This document shows positions 40,401 through 53,296 of a stretch of DNA of 64,000 nucleotides, piece after piece. Below the pieces are notes generated by a model. The model had not been told where the DNA came from and did not search any database. It was given only the letters and a program-made list of their open reading frames with translations. The translations under genes were made by a program, and so were the position numbers. Position 1 is the first letter of the stretch; each line of letters opens with the position of its first letter. Origin of the DNA: Pocillopora damicornis (taxonomy: Eukaryota); contig NW_020844169.1 of NCBI RefSeq assembly GCF_003704095.1, positions 186,001-250,000 of the forward strand, read 5' to 3'.

Positions 40401-43249
40401 TGAGTGAAGTTTCCATCACCGCTGAATGAAGAAAAGGGGTTTAGGAGTAAGTAAAATGAAGTAAACAGTTCTTACTTAAATCATAAAAGCAAAGAGCAGT
40501 TTTTGAATGACAAATGATGACCAAAAAATCTAGTCTACCAGCACATGGAAAACAAAATATCAAAAAAACATGTGGCACATAATTTTTTTCAAAAATAAAA
40601 TTCCACTGGATTTTAACTTTTGGTATGAAGAGCAGATTCTCTAATAATCTGAGTAAATTACTGTTGAATTACAAAAAAGCTATAACTGATACACTGTGTA
40701 ATTTTCTTTGCAACAGCCAATCAAAAACTGCTCTAGCCAGACTAACAACACTGCATAGGCAAGACAGCCTTTTGCAAAGAACCAAATAAAGTTTTGCATT
40801 AGCCAAACATCTACTTTAGGGTATATTCACAGATGAAAAAAGCAATGCTTAGTAAATTTGAGGCAGCTTAAGGAATCATAGGAGACCAATGGGATCAACA
40901 GTGTTGGTTACAAAGGATAATTTCCTTGTTCAAACTTAGCTGGAAAATTCTACTTCACTTGAAAAATTAAGCCTTTTTCAAGGGTGGGAGGCACAGATTC
41001 TTGGCAATAAGCTCCCTTGCCAATTCTTTAAAGGAATACTGCTAAGAAAGCTTAGGGGGAAGACTTGATTTAAGTCAACAAGAATCCTTCAATGATTCTT
41101 ATGTCACTAATTTGTCTGTCTCCATAGGACTACTGACAAAACTTTGAAAACTGCAAAATTGTATATAACGGCTAACAGGTAAATCAGTCAATAAATAGAA
41201 CTGAATTTGATCATCAATTGAATAACTAATTTAGATACCTAATAAAACATTTCTAGGTCAAGTCAAAACAAAGTTGCAACTGGATGTTGTAATGAATTCC
41301 AAAAAATTATCATTCTTCTCTACTCATGCTTAATTAAAATTATGTGACCATCATCACTGTGGGCAAATCATCAATTCCAACCACACTTTACCTCCTACTT
41401 GACTACTTTGTAGAAGGTTAAACACATACACAAGAAACACTGGCATAAAGAATACTTAAAAATAATCCATCAATCTACAACACCTACCATCTGCAAAAGG
41501 ATCATGCCTTGGTGGTGATATCACCATCTGCCTTCTCCTTGCTCTGTATTCATCTTCACGCTCAGCAATGGTTTGCTGCCTGTGTTGTGCAAACGGATCC
41601 ACCTGTAATCAATGAAGATAGAAGAACCTGTGATTCTTTTCTATCAAACTCACTTCTCTCTAAGCTTTTACACATTAACATCAGTTATACATATTCTTCA
41701 TACTGTTCTCTATACATTTCCTAAGGTGCTGACTAGGAGAAATTGTTAAATAATCCTGACTTTTTTAAGCTGATGATCATTTCCTTTAATCTTGTGACCT
41801 TGATGTCTGATTTGAGGATGACGCTGTAAGGAAATACTAAATACTTGTCACTCTCAGAGGTCAAAAGGTCAAATTGATTCCTTACTCAGCCGCTATATTA
41901 TTGTTGCTGTTTTTTATATACCTATGTCATACAGTACAGTCAAGATTAGCCCTTTACCTCCCTGAAGTGATTAACTTGTAACTTCCCCCTATAACATCCC
42001 TACATTAGCCAGCCACCAGGTAATGAGAATACTCAAACTTATCAGGAAGAAGTTGTATCTAGATCTATTACCAAATTCTCATCACTTATTTACAAGGAAT
42101 CGTGTGTTAAATACAGGGGAGAATTTACAATCTGATCTTGGGAGTTAAAGGGTTAACTCTTCTTCCATTCATAGTACTATCTCAATGAATCTCTACTTAT
42201 AAAATTATGAAAAGATTTGAGACAAATGACAAACATTGTTGAGGTTTACTTACATTCTCAGAGGACCTGGCTATATCATTTAACAGTGCTGTAGGGGCTG
42301 TATAAGTGTTCCTTGAAGGATGCATAATAGTGGTAGAGTAATCATCGTCATCCTGTTGTAAACAAATAAAAAAATACTTCAAAATTTAAAAAAATAGATG
42401 TGAGCAGTACTAGTACTTAAGCAAAAGGATAACTGCAACAAATCTATGGGGTCCTGAAACCAGGTTGTTAGACATTCTCAGTATAAATATTTAATGAATA
42501 CTAGATTTAAGGATGCTCACCTCTTCTTGTTCATTTGGAGCAATATCGATTGAATAGCCTTCAAACCTGAAATGAATATGAATAAACAGAGAGATCACAT
42601 CTGGCAGCATAAAGGAAATAAATTTATCACAGGAAAATTAATGATACGTGATACAAAAAAATGTATTCGGGATAATGCGACTGAAAATTTTCAATTAGTA
42701 CAGTCACTGATAATATTTGTAACATACAAGAATAATTATCGAGAGAGAAATAACGGACACTGACCTGCCACCACCCGCACCATAAATGTCGACATCATAT
42801 CCTCCTTCGCCAACAGAAGCTAACCCAACCTAAAAGGTACATGACCAACAATGCAAACAAGTCGATCATCTTCTTGAATTACATTTTTATCATACTAGTT
42901 GAGGTACTTTATGATGGTGAAGCCTAAAAAGCTTTTGATATCTACATTAAAAAAATACAGAAGGCAAATAACATAACATTTAAAATGTATCTCCTCATAT
43001 AACGCAGTCGAAAGTAGACGCGGATAAAAGAGTACGTCAGGAAAATCTAACCTTTTCACCGATGTCAACTTTGGGTAAATTCGATCGTTGAGCTTGTAAT
43101 TGCTGAATTTGCCACTCGATTTCTGAAAGGAAGAAAATGTACTTCAGTTACTCAGGCAATGGATAAAGCTGGCATAGTATAGTTTCTTGGAGTGTAAAAG
43201 AGACACATTTACCTTCATGTGTAGTCGGGGCTTTAGCTAAAGCGGCCAT
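26696..43249 (-). CDS. SF3B1: Splicing factor 3B subunit 1
   Basis: 32 coding exons by my reading, from ATG at 43249 ([12 protein letters not shown]) to TGA at 26696. Contains RWDETP ULM motifs, TPGH repeats, [58 protein letters not shown] and HEAT repeats. Confidence 0.99.
31426..31505. repeat. (AAAAC)n microsatellite in SF3B1 intron
   Basis: Direct reading of the sequence. Confidence 0.9.
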
Positions 43250-43492
43250 CTTTTTTCACGTTCGCACACCGTAGAAACCCACAATGCAACGAAATTTGAA
43301 CAAAAAAGTACCCGGATGAAGAGGACTTTCTGTTTAATCATACACCACAGAATTACACTATGCATCGAGGGCCCGCGATTTTCTAAACTTGTGTCTAACT
43401 TGGCGAGGTCAAACCATATATTTGGAAGAAATCGTAGACTTCCAGTTTTGCAAATGATAGCTGCTCTATTGGGAGAAGGAAGGACATAGCAG
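43250..43492. promoter_or_regulatory. 243-bp bidirectional promoter of SF3B1/RPP25L with ZNF143(Staf)-like and ETS-like sites
   Basis: Divergent ATGs at 43249 and 43493. AAACCCACAATGCAAC at 43275-43290 and CCGGATG at 43312-43318. Confidence 0.65.
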
Positions 43493-46400
43493 ATGGAGCA
43501 CTATACAAAAGTCAGCAGTCACGCCTCTGAAAGCGAGGAGAAGAAAGAAGCGTGTGATATTCAGGTCAAAAGTGGCAGCAAGATAAGGAACATCATATCT
43601 CAAGCCTTTAGACTACTGCAGGTATTGACCTGAAATTTAATAAGGATTATTTCTTGCTCAAGGACAACATGAACTAAGATATTTTAGGGTTGGTGTTTGT
43701 TTATTGCAACAAAAGGACAGATTTGCTTTAACCCTTTAACTCCCAAGATCTGATTCTTATTGTTAATTATCCCCTCCAGCTGTTACGCATAACCTGATAG
43801 GTTGAGTATTCTCAATACCTGTTCGCTGGATAACATATGGATATCAAGGGGAGAAGTAACATGTTAATCATGTATGGGAGTTGAAGGGATAAAAAAGCTC
43901 ATATCCAGTCTTAGGGGTAATAAACTGAATACACTGTTTTAAGGGAGAGGGTCAAAGATGAATTGCTGCCCTCAAAGTTATGTTGCCTTAGTAGATATTT
44001 TCTGTCTCTTTTTTCAGCAGCCTCAGGACAGAATACATATTACAGTCCCTTCCCTTTTATAACTCTAAGCCCTGTTATAAAAGTGGAGCTATGAAATCCT
44101 GTCACAATAATTGATGACTTGATATCTAAACTTACATAGAACCCCTTTATTTTAAACAACATTACTGTTTTCTTTCTTTCTTTTTTTTGACAAAGAACAA
44201 GAAGGGCAAGAAAATAGTTTTGATTGGATCAGGACCGACTGTGACCAAAACCATTACATGCGCTGAAATTATAAAAAGAAAGACAAAGGTAAAAATTGAT
44301 ATAGGTTCTATGATGCTGCTATATATGGATGTGTTGGTTCATTTACAGAGAACATGTTCTCCTACTCTGCTCCTTCAAAGTTATGGTCTGAAATAATTTT
44401 CTGAGCCTTTAACTGATATTTTACTCAAACAAAATAACTAAGTTTAAGCAAACTACACCATGTCACAACATATGATCTTTCTTATTGCCTTTCCTCTTCT
44501 AAATTTGAGCATTTCTCAGAACATTTCATTTCAATTTCTTTGAATATTTCTTTTACCCTTTACAGTGGCCAATTTATGTTTTCAACTCAGTTGTTAAACA
44601 CTAAATTACCTGCATTTCTTAGAGAGATGCCTCAGCTTTGTCTTGTGACTTTGCCTTGGTAACTTTTTTTGTTAGCATTAATTTTATTTCTTTTTTTCTG
44701 ATAATGCTACTTCCATGCCAGGGTTTACACCAGGTAAACAAGCTGTTTTACTCCAGGTAAGTGTACATTGAGCAATGCCTTTCCTGCAGTTGTATTTTTC
44801 CTTGATGTTCAAATACAACGGGCAATCATCCATTTTTCTCTAATCAGAATTCAAGATACATGGGAACCCAAGGAGGATCATCTTGATAAGTGAGTATAAT
44901 TACCTCTCTTATCAATGAATCCATTTAACAGCAATCTCTGACTAGCAATTAACAACCATGGGCCCTTTTAACCAATCTACCTCTAAGAATGACTAGCATC
45001 AGATTTCTCCTCACAATATCACCCCTGTAAACAACTTAGCATCATCTGACTTCACTACAGCCTGTTTTTTGGGTTTGAGTATACTCTTTATCATTAAGTC
45101 AAAGTTAAGATGTTACAGTACAAAGGTTAATTGTTGTGATTTGTATCTTCAGGCTTCAAGTGACAAGGAAAATTCCATCCATCAGTATTACTCTGTCCAA
45201 AATCCCTTTAGATGTATCTCAACCAGGGTAAGATGTCAGAGATTAGTAATAAGGTTTAGCTTGTCCATTCTCAGGAGTGACCGATATATGATAACTCAGT
45301 GATCCATATTAGCAGCTGTCAGGTCACCCGAGACAACTATAACATCATTCAGGCAAGTATGATAACACAAAAATTTGTCTGATGGACAACTAAATTTGGA
45401 AATTTTTTATTATTAAATTATTATTATTTGACATCCAAAACTTACCTGTGGTTTAGCCTTCCACCAACAATAAAGTGCTTTTACCAGGGAAAAAAAGCGG
45501 ATTTTAGTTTGCAAAGTTTTATTGTTGGAAGCCAATTTTTGTGGTACAATTATGGCCCCATTTATCTTGTACTTGTCATTGCCTTTCTTAAGTTTATAAT
45601 GCAATGTTACAGGCAGATATACAGGCAAGTTAAATCTAGCCAGGGCAACTATCTTTTCTGACATACTTGCCCAGCTGACAACTTTAGAAAATTACCTGTA
45701 TGGATCCCTACTGTCTCTTAATTAACCCTTTCACTCCCAAGATCCAATTGTTTGTTCTCCCCTCAAACTGTCTCACATTTCTGTGAGAATAAGTTATGAG
45801 AATTTAGGTCAGATGAAGACAATAACTTCCACATGAGTTTCAGTATTCCCATTACCTGCTCGCTGAATAATGTACAGGGATATTGTAGGAAGAAATTATT
45901 TGTTAATCACTTATGGGAGGTAAAGGATCATTAGCATTGATACATAGCAGACCCTTGATGAGAAAATAAGAGAATGTATCATCTAGGAGGTTATCATCAA
46001 TCAAAACCAAATTTTCACAAAAACTTGAAAAGAAATGTATGACTGATTGTAAAGAAACTGTGGGAGTGTAATGGTTGATTGAAAACAGAGGTCGTACAGA
46101 AGATTACTATATCCTGATGGTTATTTCTGCAAATATAGATGTCAGAAGTAAAGCAACATCACCAAAATCGCAGAAACTTTTTTCCCCCAAAATATTTTTT
46201 TCACTAATTTATCTTCCTTTGCCTGATTTCTGTTTATTTTGTCAATGCTAGATATGAAAATTGATAGCCAGATGATTTTTACAAGTTTAAAGTATTTTAC
46301 TTACTTTTCACTTGAGACTGTGATTCCAGGAATTTCTCTGATTTATGATTTTCAGTTACCAGGCTCCAGGAAAATCCAAAAGCCCTGTACAATTTGGTGA

Positions 46401-46668
46401 TGAAGACTGGGAACTAGCTTGGGAAGAAAATCAAGATGACTCAAGAACACCCAAACCAGAGAAAAGTTCAAGTACAAAAACAAAAAGAACTGCAGGTAAA
46501 AATAAGAATGAAACCAAAACAGATACTGCTGAGCCTTTTAAAAAGGTTAAAAGTTCAGAGATGTTAACCTGCAAGAGACAAAAAAGAGATAGGAACAGAG
46601 GAAGCACAGAGGAAGAATCAAAGAGTGGAGGAACAGAAAGTGAAAAGGGGAAGAATCAGAATGAATAG
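43493..46668 (+). CDS. RPP25L: Alba-domain protein, RNase P/MRP subunit p25-like
   Basis: Exons 43493-43621, 44196-44288, 44722-44756, 44848-44889, 45153-45227 and 46356-46668. Motifs VKSGSKIRNII, GSGPTVTKTITCAEIIKRK, GLHQV, DTWEPKE and PSISITLSKIPLDVSQPGYQAP, followed by a charged tail. Confidence 0.9.
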
Positions 46669-48677
46669 AGTAACAGAAAATATTTGAGCCATGATGTTGC
46701 AGTATGTAAGAAGTCATAGGAGGGACATTGAGATGGTGGTGCTTGGGATGGTGAAGAGAAACTCAAACATGATGGACAAACAGAGTCAACACCAGAGTGC
46801 TAGGAACAGCAGAACAGTGAAGAGATTCAATCCATTCAGGAAGAGGAGGCTGTTTTGTTAATGAGCAAGCAGAGCTATCAAAGACATCAAAAGGGTGGGG
46901 CTGCAGAGTGCCAATTGGAGCATTCAATGGAAAGGAGTGAGATACTTCACACTTAAAATACTGTAAAGACTTGAACATACCCAAAACAAACATTGGAATT
47001 CCAGTTTTAGTAACATAGGCTTGTTGTGATAAGTTACTTAATTTTAAACCCATCAAAGGAAATTATTTTGTCCATTTGAGTAGATAACATTTTCATGATT
47101 TTAAAGTGAAGAAAATTAGCTCCACAAGGCACAATCAACTAGCTCTGACAAATGTGGAATACCCAAAGTGGCTGTTTTAGAAACTCTTAACTGTTTACAG
47201 TGGCCAATTTACATCATCAACCCAGTTGATGGAACCATGCAATACCTGCCACCAACACAGAACCACAGTTTTTTACTTGAAATTGTGCTGCTGCCCCCCC
47301 ACCCACCAATCATTGTGAATTGTAAACATTTGGCAACTACTAAACAAGACATGAAATTAAAAAAGACAGTTTATTATAAATTACAGAAAAAGTACAATCA
47401 TTACTTTAATGCCTGATAACAATCATGCAAAATCTTACATACAAAAAATGGCAGTAGAGTTACACTCTATTCCAGCCTTGGCTTTCATATTTTAGTTTTT
47501 CATTCAGTAAATTACATTATCTGCCTTCTAAATTAACCTTTGACACCATAACATCAGGATACATATTCTTCATACTGTTCTTTATACATTTGCAAAGGTG
47601 TTGACAAAGAGAATTTGAGTAACAATCAATGCCTTTTTTTTAGTTGGTGATCATTTCCTTTATTCTCATGACCTTGATGTGTGATTCAGGGGTGATATTG
47701 TAGAGGAAATTAGATGCTGGTCACTCTTAGGGGTCAAAAGGTTAAGGGGCCACAAAACTGGATGACTAAAACTGCTTTTCAAGCCTATGAGTGCAAAGTA
47801 GCAACTGTAATTTGTAGTAACACAGAATATAGGGTCTTGAGAGACAAATTAAGGACCTTTAATAAAGCTTGAATATGACAGCTATGAGCTCATGATGATA
47901 CAAAAAGCTCCTAAACTTTTTCAATCTCCTATATATTCTCTGCAGAACAACAATGTCAAGTGTCTAGAGTGAATTTGAAATCTATCAGTAACTTATTCTT
48001 GTACACACTTTTCCAAGCATCCATATGGAGTCTTTAATCTCAATGGCAAAATATCAACTTTTACATGTAATAAAAAAAAGCCTAATGTTATAAATCTATC
48101 TTGTAAATGCCCAGTCCTTGTCATATGCTATATTTGTGTCAAAATAGTTATTCTCACTACCAAACAGAATGAAGAGTGGGCCATGAATAACTGACAAATT
48201 ATTTTTATAGACCACACCTCTGACCTGAGAAAAGGAACACACAACATATATTATTAGCCCAAGATGCTGGCAATTTGATGCGCACTTTAATGTATTGAGT
48301 AGCATCCTCATGAAAAGGAGTTAAAAATTAAAGCAGTGGGGGGTTTCTGTAACTGTTTTCAAAGCTCTTCTCTCATTTTTTCATTGAGAGCCATAAAAAC
48401 AACAAGCTTTGAAAGCTATTGATTACTTTAATTGAAGTTCTACTAAAGTCTAGAATAATGCAACTTAGCAAGTTGCCTCCCTTTAACAATATCTAGGGAA
48501 TAAATGAGTAACCCCATTACTTCATATAAAGTGAAATAGCTTATTAAATTATAAATTTACTGCTGCACATTCTGAAGAAAAAAAATCTTCCAGCTTATTG
48601 AACAAGGATATGATTAGCTACACTTTCAAAATAACTAATACAAACATTATGAAGTAATTTGACAAACTCAAACAAAT

Positions 48678-51045
48678 TTAAAACAAAATGTTTGCTCCTA
48701 GCAGTGCCAAAGTTGGATTTCCTTCATGACGATCTCTGTCCAAGGTTTGAATCCTTGCACGACAAACCACACACTTCAAGGGAAGATTGAGGTCGTTAAC
48801 AGCCACCTGCAGTGTTCTGACAAAACAGCGACGACAAAGAACTCGGTGTTTGCAAGGATATGTTTGAATGATGGCCTTAGCACTATTGCACACAATACAC
48901 TAGAAGAGGGAAAATAACAGTTCAAAGGACTTAATATTGTGCTCATTGAACAGTTTTGTTGAAATGTGCTATACATATCAATCCTTTATGACTTACAAGT
49001 GAATTGGTAAAGAATTATGTTACAGCAGAGGTTTTTATGCCCTTCAACTCCCAGATGTGATTAACATGTAACTTCTCACCATAGTATTCATACATTATTC
49101 AGCAAAAAGGAAATGAGATTACTCAGACTTATTAGGTAGAAGTTGTCATCTTGACCTAACACCACATTCTCGTAACTAATTTACAAGGAAATGATCTCTT
49201 GGAATTTAAAGGGTTCATGGGTGTACAACTCAAAGAAGCAACCTTTTTCAAAAATGGCAACATGTAAAATATTATAGCACAAGACAATGACTAATATTTA
49301 TATATACTAACAACTAAACAATTAAGGCAAAAAGATAATTGAACATAAACTTGCATCTATCCTGCATTTGAAGAATACCACAAATCTTTCAAAGTTTTGA
49401 ATGATGAATTCACCAGGTAAACAAACATATTATACTGAATGTTTCAACAATTTTACCTCATCATCTTCAGTATCAGGGAGTTCTGGTTGAAAGTTGTCTA
49501 ATGAGCCAAGGAGTTGCTCCTGTTGGAAAGAAGAAAATACCTTGATTTTCTGGAAATCTTTAGTTTGAGTTTTAGTTCTTCATGGAAGCATTTTGTTTCC
49601 TCTTCCATGGGACCTGGTCAGCATGACAGTTTTTTTTTATCTTTTGTTCATATCAGAAATTTCGGCTCAACTGCTGGGATGAACAAAGAACAGTCTTTCA
49701 AGAAATTTAGTCATTGTGATCTTTTGTTCACATGGGAGAATTTCTATCTCCCTCAGACAAATCTCAGGGTATGTTGCAGTTGATTTTCAAGAGTAGAGTG
49801 TAAAACAACTCCCTCAAATGCTCCTCCTGAATGGTTGATCTAGATTCACACTTAATTTTATACCATGATATAACAAAATCAAGTCAATCAGAATACAGGA
49901 AAGGTGTTATATGTATGACAGTTTTACACCTTTTCTCCTCATTTGACAGGTCACAATCAGTTTCTAGCTTTTTTTGGTATTTCACAGTAATAATTTGATC
50001 TTATATGCATTCCTTGTAGTTAGCATGAAGAATCATAATGAATGTGAGAAGAGTTTTGGTAATGTTGTCAAGATTCTAAATAATGAGAAGTCAGTTTACA
50101 GTCCCAGGATATACTGCAATTGATTCTCAAGAACATTGGGTCAAAAAACTCCTTCATGAGGCTAATAATGGTACTATGACCAAGTGGAGTCCAATTCGGA
50201 CTGTAATCATACAAGTGATTAACAAAATCAGATAACTCCCAATTTGTTGATCCTGATTATGATTACTGATAGAATTGGATGACATGCAGTCCTGTTACCA
50301 ATTAATGAAAACTATGACAAAATTTGAGAAAGAAACTAGACATCAGTTATTTGTTTTCATAAAAAAAATATCAACAGTTAACTCGGTAAAATGCGAGACA
50401 ACAGCACCTAAGCACATGACATGGTTTGTCCAATTACAAGCATGACGTATACACTGTCCTATTAGTGCTCAAATCAGGCTGGTGATAACCAATTGCGTTC
50501 GAGAATTTTGTTATAGTTTTGATTAAACATTGAATATCCCACTTGTCGTGTATATATCCCTGCTAAACAGAGAAAATACAAGTAACTGCTGGGATATTCC
50601 AAGGTACAGCACCGGAAAGGGATGCACAGCTACTGAAACTATATGTATCTACTTGGAGAAACATCAGAATAGGGAGCTTGCCTTGTGGATATAACAATTT
50701 GAACTGAAAGGGGCAATCCTAGGTGAGGGCTTCACAACTAAAACAGTCTTAGTGAACTTTAAATATGATATCGATTTTCGGTTAAACATAACTGAAACCA
50801 GCCACTAAGAGATTAACCGCACTGATTGAACATGAGGAAAGCTAACCTACCAGTTTATCCCGTAACTCCACGAGTTTCTCTACCCTTCTTCTTCTTATTT
50901 CCCTATGTAACGCATCTTCGTCTGCAAAAGTGTCTGTCCTTCTTCTTTTTTTATAGTAGCGATAAGCAAAATACGCAGACACAGCCACCACGCTAAAGAC
51001 GATTACTGAATTTCGGTTGTAAAAACGACTGATTATACTCGACAT
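48678..51045 (-). CDS. ~159-aa N-terminally membrane-anchored RING-HC (C3HC4) protein, putative E3 ligase
   Basis: Exons 51045-50851, 49519-49457 (EQLLGSLDNFQPELPDTEDDE) and 48899-48678 (CIVC...YPCKHRVLCRRC...KCVVCR), all phase 0. TM segment VIVFSVVAVSAYFAY is followed by KKRRR. Confidence 0.8.
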
Positions 51046-52780
51046 GGTTTACAAATTTGTCCTCAGTTCTCCACAATGCTACACTCTATATGCTACTTGA
51101 CGTTTTGACTACCCAAATGAGAAGTTTCTTTTCTGAATTCATAGCAAAATTTTGATGCTTAGACGTGTCACAAGAGTCAAACTTTTGCGTGTTCTGAATC
51201 CCTTATCTGTAATTTCTCTTTGTGATCAAACACGACGCTGCCTAACTCTGGGACAATGAGAATCATGGGAACTACGGAACTCAAACCACAGCAGGGGTGG
51301 GGATGGTAGTTAATCGACTCGAAAACGACTCACGTGGATTACTTGTTGCATTATCTCAGGAACGTGTGATGCTACACTCATATTGGACCCATTTTCTCGC
51401 GTAGCTGCTTTCCTTAGCAAAAGTGAACGCTTGAAGATCACTTATCACATATGAAGGACTGGGCACTTAAAGATTACAATGGAGGTCATTTTTTTCTGTT
51501 AAATGTAAATAGTATATTATTACGAAGGAAAACACAAAGAATCCCTTAGCTATATCTTAGAGACATTTCCAAAAAATTAAAATTGACCTCACATCTCTCA
51601 ACAATATTTATGTAATTTCTTAAGTGAAAGAGCTGTTTTAAAGCTACAATCTTCTTATACACAATAGCAATTGAAACAGTTCAATCCAGGAGGCTAGTTG
51701 TCATCCTTCTCACTGCTGTTCATGTTACTTCCAAGTGACTCACATGCAACTTTTCACTGTAACATCAACACCTAAGGGCTGATACAGGAATTCTTAAAAG
51801 ACTAGATCCAAACTTTGGTTTAGAAATCACTTTTGTGTATGAAAGTACTGTTACACAAGAGCCACAAAGTTGATACGTCTCATCATGTTGTTGGAATAAT
51901 TTTGGGTCCAGATACATAGTAAAAGTACCCTGTTAAGTGTTAACTCGGCATGACACTGACTTCTCTGCTGAGATTAACAAGAAAACATGCTGTCAGAAAT
52001 CAGTCTAACTACTGTTGTTTAAATTTATTGATGTGTCATATCACCACATGACAGCTTTCAAAAGATCAATGTCAATCATTTTAGAGAGGGATTAGGACTA
52101 CCACATGTGTATTGAGGGAGTGAACCTCATTGTGAATTGTGAGAACCAACAATCACAATTTCTAGTGATTAAAGCACTGTGATCTTCTACTATAAGTGAA
52201 TTACCATGAATTTCTTGAGGCAAGGGAGCCATTTGTGACAATGCATTACCTTGAAACAGGAATTACAAAGCAGGAAGATTGAAGATTGTGCTCTTGCCAT
52301 TAACTGCAATAACCAAACCCTATGGCTACAACTTTAGTTCCTGATATTTCTTTATTCATAAAATATTATTTTGAGGCATTTTTAAAAAAATCTTAGTGTT
52401 TCCTTAAATCAAGCACTGGGAAATAACAAGGAGAGTCACGGAGGCTTCCATTGTCAAACACAGTGAAGTTTGTCAACCCATATTGTGACAAAAGATCAAT
52501 TAAGATGAAATGCTTAAAAAAAGTTAACATTGATTATCGCATTAAAGTAAATTCTGATAGGTAACAATTCGTTCCAGTTCAATAAATTTCATGCCAGACA
52601 TTCCAAAGCCAATAAATGACCTTAAATGGCTAACAATATGGAATCCACAAACTAGCTAATATATCATACATTAGATCTTCGCTTCATTATTTTATATATT
52701 ACAAATTTCAGTAAAAAGAACAGACCCTCAAAAATTTTCTTAACAAATCTGAAATATTTTCATGGAAACTGTCGATAGTC

Positions 52781-53296
52781 TCAATCATTGTCATCCTTTT
52801 TTCCGTGTTTCAGGATGTGTGTGAACTTAACGAAATCCAGGTATCCATCTTTGTCAATCGGCGCGTCACGAAGCACATCATCAACCTGATCCTCGGTAAA
52901 TCTGTCTCCCATCGTAGTTAGAGCCTCTTTCAATGCATCTTCGTGCACTTTACCGTTACCATCGTCATCAAAACAGGCAAACGCATTATTTATTACATCT
53001 TCAGGATCTGTCCCGTTCAGTTTTTCACCAAACAGCGTTAGAAACATTGTGAAGTTGATAGGACCAGGAGACATTTTCACCATCTCTTCCAAATATTCGT
53101 CGGTAGGATCTTTACCCAGGGAAGCCAGCATGTCGTGTAAATCTTCCTTATCCACGAAACCATCACTGTTTTGGTCGATCATGTTAAAAGCCTCTTTAAA
53201 TTCCTGAATTTGGTTTTGGTCGAACATGGCAAACACGTTCGAAGTGGCTCGGTGAGCTCGCTTTTTTGTCGTCTTTTTGGTCTTTCTTGAAGCCAT
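52781..53296 (-). CDS. Myosin II regulatory light chain (non-muscle/smooth type, MYL9/MYL12/sqh-like), copy 1
   Basis: Intronless 171-aa ORF with [15 protein letters not shown] phosphorylation motif, EF-hand [12 protein letters not shown] and [21 protein letters not shown]. Confidence 0.97.
   Translation of the reverse strand: MASRKTKKTTKKRAHRATSNVFAMFDQNQIQEFKEAFNMIDQNSDGFVDKEDLHDMLASLGKDPTDEYLEEMVKMSPGPINFTMFLTLFGEKLNGTDPEDVINNAFACFDDDGNGKVHEDALKEALTTMGDRFTEDQVDDVLRDAPIDKDGYLDFVKFTHILKHGKKDDND

Noticed and set aside
39258-41487. Intronic C/D or H/ACA snoRNA in SF3B1
   Set aside because: I could not identify a convincing box pair with a terminal stem by eye; needs Infernal/snoscan.
49520-49840. 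Longer exon 2 for the RING gene
   Set aside because: The upstream acceptor gives an in-frame TGA; the 63-nt exon fits phase and has a strong pyrimidine tract.
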